This document shows positions 49,686 through 55,117 of a DNA stretch of 55,117 nt, piece by piece (within the stretch, counting starts at the first letter, position 1; every line of letters begins with the position of its first letter). The position numbers and the translations under genes were made by a program. Under the pieces are notes generated by a model that did not search any database, had not been told where the DNA came from, and saw only the letters and a list, made by a program, of their open reading frames with translations. The stretch lies in the IMG/VR virus record IMGVR_UViG_3300020047_002759; one strand, written 5' to 3'. The DNA comes from a virus.

Positions 49686-51682
49686 TGACCGATAAGGTTT
49701 TAGCCCTCGACACGAAGCCGGGCATCCAGCGCGATGGAACCATGGTCGATGCAGAATGCTACACAGACGGCGAATGGGTGCGCTTTCAGCGCGGGCGTCC
49801 TCGAAAAATGGCGGGTTACGTTCAGATCACCAACGACTGGGCGGGCCCCTCAAGGGGTCTTTTTATTGACCCACGCAACGGCTTTAACGTCATTTACAAC
49901 GGCTACTCGGATGGCGTACAAACCCTAACGGTTGACCAAAACGGAATTGGCGCGGGTATTGTGGACTTTACGTTGTCCGACTTTACGGCAAACTCAAACA
50001 ACTTGTGGCAGTTTGATGCGGTGTTTGATGCGTCAGGGACTGGGGTGGCGAACCTGATTGCGCACCCGGGGCAGAACCTCACCGCAATCGACAGCACCAC
50101 CAACACCCCCGTTTTGTTTGGCCCAGTGACAGGAACAACTTTGTCTCAAGTTGGTGTTTTTACGCTGTCAGCCACCACCGTTAACACATCCACCACCATA
50201 ACCGTTGCCTCTACGTTGCTAATTGGTGCTGGGCAAACCATTACAGGCACAAACATTCCTGCCAGCACAACGGTGGTATCGGTCACAAACGCAACCACAT
50301 TTGTCATATCAAACGCGGCAACGGGCTCAGGAACCGTAACCATCACGATCAACAACAACGTGTCGGTTTCAGGCGGCGCAGTCATGCTGTTTCCATACCT
50401 ATTTACGTATGGAAATTTTGGTTTAATACGCAACTCAGGCGCAGGAAGTTTGTACGATTTTGTATCAGCAACGTCAAACTCAACCAACGTGACGTCCACA
50501 AAAGTTGTCAAAGGACTACCTGTTCGCGGCGGCTCCAACGCGCCATCAGGCTTGTTTTGGTCTCTTGATTCGCTGATCCGAGTAAGTTTTACGCCAACCA
50601 CAATTACAACTGGCGTAACCTCAAGCACCTTTTTTTGGCGCTACGACATCATTTCAAGCCAAACCTCAATCATGTCTTCGCAGGGTGTGATTGAGTATGA
50701 CGGCATCTATTACTGGTGCGGAATTGACCGATTCTTGCTGTACGGTGGTACGGTTCAAGAGATCCCAAACACCTTTAATCAAAACTACTTTTTTGATAAC
50801 GTAAATTACAACCAGCGCCAAAAGGTGTTTGCCATGAAGGTGCCTCGCTATGGCGAAATTTGGTGGTACTACCCAAAGGGTCAGGCCACCGAATGCACCG
50901 ATGCGGTGATTTACAACGTGCGAGAAAAGTGCTGGTATGACGCTGGCGAAGCACTTGGCTCCCAACGCTGTTCGGGCTACTTCTCGCAAGTTTTTCACTA
51001 CCCAGTGCTGGCTGGCTATAAAACTAACGCCAGCGGCGGCGTTAATGCGGTCACCCTTACCAACGGCGGCTCCTTGTACACCAATGGTACTTACCAGTTT
51101 TACGCTCTTACTGGTGGCACTGGTACAGGTGCAACAGCCACAATCACCGTTGCTGGCGGCATTGTCACAACGGTTGTAATAAATAACCGAGGACAAAATT
51201 ACACAATAGGCGACGTGCTGTCCTCTGTTCTACCCGTGGGATCAGGCTTCTTGTTGACGGTTGGAACGCTGATGACCTTTAATTCGCTATGGCAACATGA
51301 AATTGGCGTGGACTTGGTGGCTGGAACGAGCGTTGACGCCATCCTGAGCATGTTTGAGACCAATGACGTTGGTTGGGTCAGCGGAGGCCCGTCAGAGCCA
51401 TCCTTGCAGGGCGTAAACCGTTGGTTGCGTCTTGAGCGTGTAGAGCCTGACTTTGTTCAGACTGGGCAAATGGAGCTATACATTACTGGGCGACCCTATG
51501 CGCAATCGGCTGACAAAATATCCGACGCGTTTGTGTTTACACCAACCACTGGAAAAATTGACATGAAAGAACAACGACGCGAGATGCGATTGCGTTTTGT
51601 ATCAAACATTGCTGGTGGTGATTACCAACTCGGCAAGGTGCTGTTGAGTGGCGCTATAGGAGACGTTCGTGGCTACGAGTAA
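49685..51682 (+). CDS. Large tail protein (tubular/nozzle-like candidate)
   Basis: 665 aa beginning 'LDTKPGIQRDGTMVDAECYTDGEWVRFQRGRPRKMAGY'. It has an inserted 'LTGGTGTGATATITVAGGIVTTVVINNRGQNYTIGDVL' mini-domain. Confidence 0.65.
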   Translation: MTDKVLALDTKPGIQRDGTMVDAECYTDGEWVRFQRGRPRKMAGYVQITNDWAGPSRGLFIDPRNGFNVIYNGYSDGVQTLTVDQNGIGAGIVDFTLSDFTANSNNLWQFDAVFDASGTGVANLIAHPGQNLTAIDSTTNTPVLFGPVTGTTLSQVGVFTLSATTVNTSTTITVASTLLIGAGQTITGTNIPASTTVVSVTNATTFVISNAATGSGTVTITINNNVSVSGGAVMLFPYLFTYGNFGLIRNSGAGSLYDFVSATSNSTNVTSTKVVKGLPVRGGSNAPSGLFWSLDSLIRVSFTPTTITTGVTSSTFFWRYDIISSQTSIMSSQGVIEYDGIYYWCGIDRFLLYGGTVQEIPNTFNQNYFFDNVNYNQRQKVFAMKVPRYGEIWWYYPKGQATECTDAVIYNVREKCWYDAGEALGSQRCSGYFSQVFHYPVLAGYKTNASGGVNAVTLTNGGSLYTNGTYQFYALTGGTGTGATATITVAGGIVTTVVINNRGQNYTIGDVLSSVLPVGSGFLLTVGTLMTFNSLWQHEIGVDLVAGTSVDAILSMFETNDVGWVSGGPSEPSLQGVNRWLRLERVEPDFVQTGQMELYITGRPYAQSADKISDAFVFTPTTGKIDMKEQRREMRLRFVSNIAGGDYQLGKVLLSGAIGDVRGYE

Positions 51683-51929
51683 TCCAGTTGGACTGGTTTA
51701 CGACCCAAGGTACCACACGTTCAACTCGTGGGCCTCGCTGATGTGCGAACTGTACGCCGCCCAACAACTCTCGATACCTACAGATTCAACAGACTGGCAC
51801 CAGTGGGGCAATGGTCTTTTGGCAATTGATGTATTCACCAACGAGGCTGTTCCAACCACCGACAACTATGACAACTGGGAGGAGTGGGCAACGGCATTGA
51901 TGGGGGCGGTTAATCCGAGGCCACAATGA
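51669..51929 (+). CDS. Hypothetical small Trp-rich protein
   Basis: 86-aa ORF with a GTG start overlapping the upstream gene by 14 nt. Confidence 0.5.
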   Translation: MATSNPVGLVYDPRYHTFNSWASLMCELYAAQQLSIPTDSTDWHQWGNGLLAIDVFTNEAVPTTDNYDNWEEWATALMGAVNPRPQ

Positions 51930-52339
51930 AAGAAGCAACATTACAAGAGATTATTAAAGGCGCTCCCATCACCAAAAATTTTGGTGAGCATTGGGAAATT
52001 GTCTACATGAACATTGCAAATCTTGTTGAAAAAACAAAAGAACACAGAGTTCTTCGCCATGGTAATTCTTTGTTGTTTTACATAATTGAAGAACCCAAAG
52101 TTGCCACAGGCGTTGTGTTCAGCATTGACCCCCCGCGCACGCAGGCAGAGGCTTTTGTTGAGTTTGCCAAGGGTATGGCTTTTGGTGGTTTTGAAACATT
52201 GAATACCACCACAGACCTTTTGTTGGCTATAAATCTTCTTGACAAAGCTGGATTTGACATAGACGTTTCAAACGTTGTTAAAAACAGCAAAATTAAAAAC
52301 TTGCGAGAAATAAAAATTTACTTGCAAGGGGGCAGTTAA
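51926..52339 (+). CDS. Hypothetical protein in an AT-rich island (moron-like)
   Basis: 137-aa ORF that is visibly AT-richer than both flanks. No family was recognised. Confidence 0.6.
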   Translation: MKEATLQEIIKGAPITKNFGEHWEIVYMNIANLVEKTKEHRVLRHGNSLLFYIIEEPKVATGVVFSIDPPRTQAEAFVEFAKGMAFGGFETLNTTTDLLLAINLLDKAGFDIDVSNVVKNSKIKNLREIKIYLQGGS

Positions 52340-52341
52340 TC

Positions 52342-55117
52342 ATGGGAATAAATTGGGGTGAACTTGGTGATGCAACTGGATTTGGTGGAAGCGGCAATAC
52401 AAGCATAGCTGATAAAATTGGTAACGCCTTAAACACATCGGTTGGTGGGGATAGTTCTGTTGGCAAAGCGGCAACCAAGGTTGCGCAACAAACGGTAAAG
52501 GTTGCAAAGGCTACTACTGCGGCTACGTTGGCGCAGGCAAAAGCTTTTGTAAAAAATCCGTTTCCCACGCTATTAACAATGGGGTTGTCAACTGTTATGC
52601 CATACGCATACGCCTCTGCAATCACAAACGTGCTTAATGGGGGTGACTGGAAAAAAGCCGTCATTCAAATGGGCATGAACTATTTTGCAACTGGTAGCGG
52701 CACTGGCCCCGGCCCATCAACTATGGTAAAAGTTTTAACAAGCTCATCAACTGCCGCGCTAAGCACAAAACTTTTGGGGGGCACAAACGAAGAAGTAAGA
52801 AACGCGGCAGTGGGCGGCGCTGTAAATACTTACATGTCTGATTTGTTGTACAAGCCAACAAGCCAAGGCGGGTATGGATTAAACCCTAGGGATGTCAGTA
52901 CAAAAATGATGACCAACTCAGTTTCTGCGGCAACAAACGCAATTTTGCGGGGTCAAAATGTTGGCGATGCAATTGTAAATTCAGCTCTTGTAACTGGTGG
53001 CGCTCATTACGTCCAACTAGCCTACGAAAAAGTAACAAAAAATTCAGAGACTCTTCAACAGATGCAAGCTACATATGACAGTGCCAAGGCAAAAGTCATG
53101 TCAATATTTACCAAGCCTTTAGAGGATAAACAAAAACAAGTAGACGCTGAAGTTGCATCTGCTAGGATTCAAATTGATAGAGCTAGAAAAACTGAAACAT
53201 ACGCAAAACAGGTCAATAATGATTATGCTAATGGAAAGGCTAATGGGCCTTACGGTCAATACACTGCTGACCAAGCAGAGGACGCGGCAAAATATGCTGT
53301 AGAAAGTAACGATGCCGCACAACGTGCTATTGATAGAGTTAGACAGGCAAATAACGAACTTTTGATGATGGCAAATAGCAGTGGCTACACCGCCGCATCA
53401 CAAGAGTACCAACTTGCGCTGAACCAACTGACTAACGCAGACAACAATATGGGTGCGTCTCAAAAAGAGTTTCTTGATTCTTACAAGAAATATGAGGACA
53501 CAGTCGCCGCCACAAAATCTTTTCTTGACATCGACATTGCAGAAGATGCCGCAAAGATGATCAATGATGAGATAAAAGAAGCCGCAAGAGTAGCAAAAGA
53601 AGCTGAAGATAATGTTGCGGAAAATTCTAGAAAAACGCAAGAAGCGGAAGTTGCATATCAAAAACAACAAGCGGTTTTAAGAGAACAAGAGGCGCAGGTT
53701 AAGGCCGCTCAGGCATACAAAGCCAACCAAGAAGCCGCAGAACAAAAGAAAATTGCCGACGCAAAAGCCGTAGTGGACGCACGGGAGAAAAAAGAATACG
53801 ACGACTTTTGGGCGGCTGACAAAAAGCTTAAAGATGAAATCAGAGAGAAGGCTGAAATACAAGCTAAAGAAGAAAAAAAATATCAAGACGTTATGGCCGC
53901 TGACCAAAGGGCTAGGGATGAGTACGCCAAAGAAAAATCTGAAAGACAAGCTAAAGAAGAAGCCGCCGCCAATTCCTTAGCTGAAGCAAACGCAAAAGCC
54001 AAGCAAGAAGCAGACGAGAAGGCGGCTCAAGACAAACAAATTGCTGATGCAAAAGCTGTCGAGGATGCCAAGGTTGCAGAAGTTGAAAAGGAACAACTGG
54101 CCGATAAAGCGGTGGTGGACAAAACAACGTTTGACACATACATCAAAACTCAAGGTGATGCCGCAAGGTTGGCCGAGGAGGCTGAGGCTAAGGATCAACG
54201 TGAACGTGATTTGCAAAACCTTGATGCCGCTCATGCGCGTGAAGTGGCGGTTGCAATGCGTAAGGCAGAAGCCGAAGCCAATGCCAAAATACTAGCAGAT
54301 CATGATGCGCAAGTAAAGGCCGCATCAGAGACACCAAAACCACCAACCCCAACCCCTGAGCCAAAACAAACACAAATTGGTGATTACATTACGAAGACTG
54401 GTACTTCGGCGGCGGCTACAGGAATTGCTCTAGCTATTGCTGAAGAAAAACGCCAAAAGCAACTTGCGGAACAAAAAGCCATACAAGACGCCAAAAAAGC
54501 AGAGGCAATAGCACAAGCCGAGGCAAAAAAAGCCGCTTATATTGCCGCGCAGAAAAAAACCTATGATGACAATAAAGCCGCCTTTGAGGCCAAAAAGAAA
54601 GCCGAAGCAGATGCAAAAGCCGATGCTCAAGCAAAAGCTATAGCCGCCTACAACGAAAAAGTCAGACTGCAAAAAGAAGCTGAGGCCAAGGCCATAATCA
54701 GTGGGACGAAAGCTCCAGTCAACACTGGAACAGCCCCAACGGGAACTTTAAAACCAGTTACCACCACTCCCACTGTAACTGCCACCCCAACGGGAACATT
54801 AAAGCCAGTTACCGCCGCCCCCATAGTAACCACCGCCCCGACGGGAACATTAAAGCCAGTTACCACCACTCCCACTGTAACCACCGCCCCCACGGGAACA
54901 TTAAAGCCAGTTACCACCATCCCAACGGGAACCCCTAAACCAGTCACTACTCCTACAACCACGGCACCAATTACCAAGCCTGCGGGAACCCTAACGCCAA
55001 TTACCAAGCCTGCGGGAACCCTAACGCCAATCACTACCCCTACAGCGACGCCTCCACCGGTTACCAAGCCTACAGACACAGCCCCCAAACCCGTAGTCCC
55101 TTCAGGGGGCCTGACTC
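52342..55117 (+). CDS. 5' part (925 codons) of the wrap-around 1017-aa internal virion protein; it continues at base 122 and ends at 399
   Basis: The ATG at 52342 lies 3 nt after the upstream stop, and the frame stays open to the window end (which is why it is absent from the ORF track). The N-terminus is Gly/Ser/Thr-rich with a hydrophobic segment. A long Ala/Lys/Glu/Gln tract follows ('KKAEAIAQAEAKKAAYIAAQKK...AKKKAEADAKADAQAKAIAAY'), then 'PTGTLKPVTTTPTVT' repeats. Confidence 0.8.
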   Translation, partial: MGINWGELGDATGFGGSGNTSIADKIGNALNTSVGGDSSVGKAATKVAQQTVKVAKATTAATLAQAKAFVKNPFPTLLTMGLSTVMPYAYASAITNVLNGGDWKKAVIQMGMNYFATGSGTGPGPSTMVKVLTSSSTAALSTKLLGGTNEEVRNAAVGGAVNTYMSDLLYKPTSQGGYGLNPRDVSTKMMTNSVSAATNAILRGQNVGDAIVNSALVTGGAHYVQLAYEKVTKNSETLQQMQATYDSAKAKVMSIFTKPLEDKQKQVDAEVASARIQIDRARKTETYAKQVNNDYANGKANGPYGQYTADQAEDAAKYAVESNDAAQRAIDRVRQANNELLMMANSSGYTAASQEYQLALNQLTNADNNMGASQKEFLDSYKKYEDTVAATKSFLDIDIAEDAAKMINDEIKEAARVAKEAEDNVAENSRKTQEAEVAYQKQQAVLREQEAQVKAAQAYKANQEAAEQKKIADAKAVVDAREKKEYDDFWAADKKLKDEIREKAEIQAKEEKKYQDVMAADQRARDEYAKEKSERQAKEEAAANSLAEANAKAKQEADEKAAQDKQIADAKAVEDAKVAEVEKEQLADKAVVDKTTFDTYIKTQGDAARLAEEAEAKDQRERDLQNLDAAHAREVAVAMRKAEAEANAKILADHDAQVKAASETPKPPTPTPEPKQTQIGDYITKTGTSAAATGIALAIAEEKRQKQLAEQKAIQDAKKAEAIAQAEAKKAAYIAAQKKTYDDNKAAFEAKKKAEADAKADAQAKAIAAYNEKVRLQKEAEAKAIISGTKAPVNTGTAPTGTLKPVTTTPTVTATPTGTLKPVTAAPIVTTAPTGTLKPVTTTPTVTTAPTGTLKPVTTIPTGTPKPVTTPTTTAPITKPAGTLTPITKPAGTLTPITTPTATPPPVTKPTDTAPKPVVPSGGLT
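54736..54921 (+). repeat. About 3.6 tandem copies of a 51-nt (17-aa) unit encoding 'PTGTLKPVTTTPTVT(A/T)(T/A)'
   Basis: Units start at 54736, 54787, 54838 and 54889 (the last is partial) and are in frame. Confidence 0.85.
54967..55026 (+). repeat. Two exact tandem copies of a 30-nt unit (CCAATTACCAAGCCTGCGGGAACCCTAACG; 'PITKPAGTLT')
   Basis: The copies lie at 54967-54996 and 54997-55026. The second copy is where the terminal overlap begins. Confidence 0.9.
54997..55117. repeat. Terminal direct overlap; identical to bases 1-121
   Basis: See the feature at 1-121. Confidence 0.9.

Noticed and set aside
54736-55026. Tandem direct repeats as a possible CRISPR array or satellite
   Set aside because: The repeats are contiguous with no spacers, are multiples of 3 nt, and are in frame within a long ORF. 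They are coding peptide repeats.
54648-55088. 146-aa minus-strand ORF (MGAVSVGLVTGGGVAVGVVIG...)
   Set aside because: It is an antisense shadow of the Pro/Thr repeat tract (the complement of CCN/ACN codons gives Gly/Val). It is repetitive and has no start context.
1-55117. Prophage or integrated-element interpretation (att sites, integrase, flanking host genes)
   Set aside because: The ends overlap each other and every gene is phage-like. No integrase, recombinase, tRNA or host housekeeping gene was seen. The 121-bp repeat lies inside a coding tandem repeat and is not an att duplication.

Overview
The window is an end-to-end assembly of a complete tailed dsDNA phage genome. Bases 1-121 repeat bases 54997-55117 exactly, so the unique sequence is about 54,996 bp and circular or circularly permuted. 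The coordinate origin falls inside a gene.

Layout:
(i) A leftward early operon on the minus strand (10904 down to 8082) encodes a small membrane protein, an SSB with a DDIPF tail, a PD-(D/E)XK exonuclease and unknowns. It ends at a bidirectional terminator (8060-8083).
(ii) A rightward early/middle region (11001-19046) encodes a Cro/YdaS-like HTH, two DUF1376 replication-initiator-like proteins, RusA, an RNA polymerase alpha-CTD-like protein, a Ref-like HNH nuclease, a DUF932 protein, a zinc-finger/DUF6011 protein and about 15 small ORFs.
(iii) A plus-strand late operon of about 44 kb runs 19132 -> 55117 and continues 1 -> 8039. It encodes TerS, TerL, two large unknown proteins, portal, a GroES-like protein, a scaffold-like protein, capsid, adaptor/tail/fibre genes and an embedded lysis cassette with an M15 endolysin. 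It ends with five large internal/ejection-type proteins, the last carrying an SLT transglycosylase domain.

No tape measure, tube or sheath genes are present, so the phage looks podovirus-like. I recognised no integrase, tRNA, CRISPR array, DNA polymerase, primase, helicase, sigma factor or head protease.

Most notable observations:
- A recurrent 'hydrophobic-K-K-G-G ... M-x-x-G-G' peptide motif is shared by at least eight late proteins.
- An 1180-aa polyprotein-like ORF sits between TerL and portal, with a duplicated leader peptide that is recoded synonymously.
- A hyper-acidic protein and a hyper-basic protein are both repeat-rich.
- Five copies of a non-sigma70 promoter-like element, GTCAAC-N17-CGTT, have an ECF-type AAC/CGT architecture. 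A conserved CAACAGCG box sits just upstream of four ribosome-binding sites.
- A free-standing RNAP alpha-CTD homologue retains the residues that contact UP elements.
- A small zinc protein ends in an SSB-tail-like DDEPF.

All functional calls come from motif recognition by eye on the supplied translations. No database search or statistics could be run.
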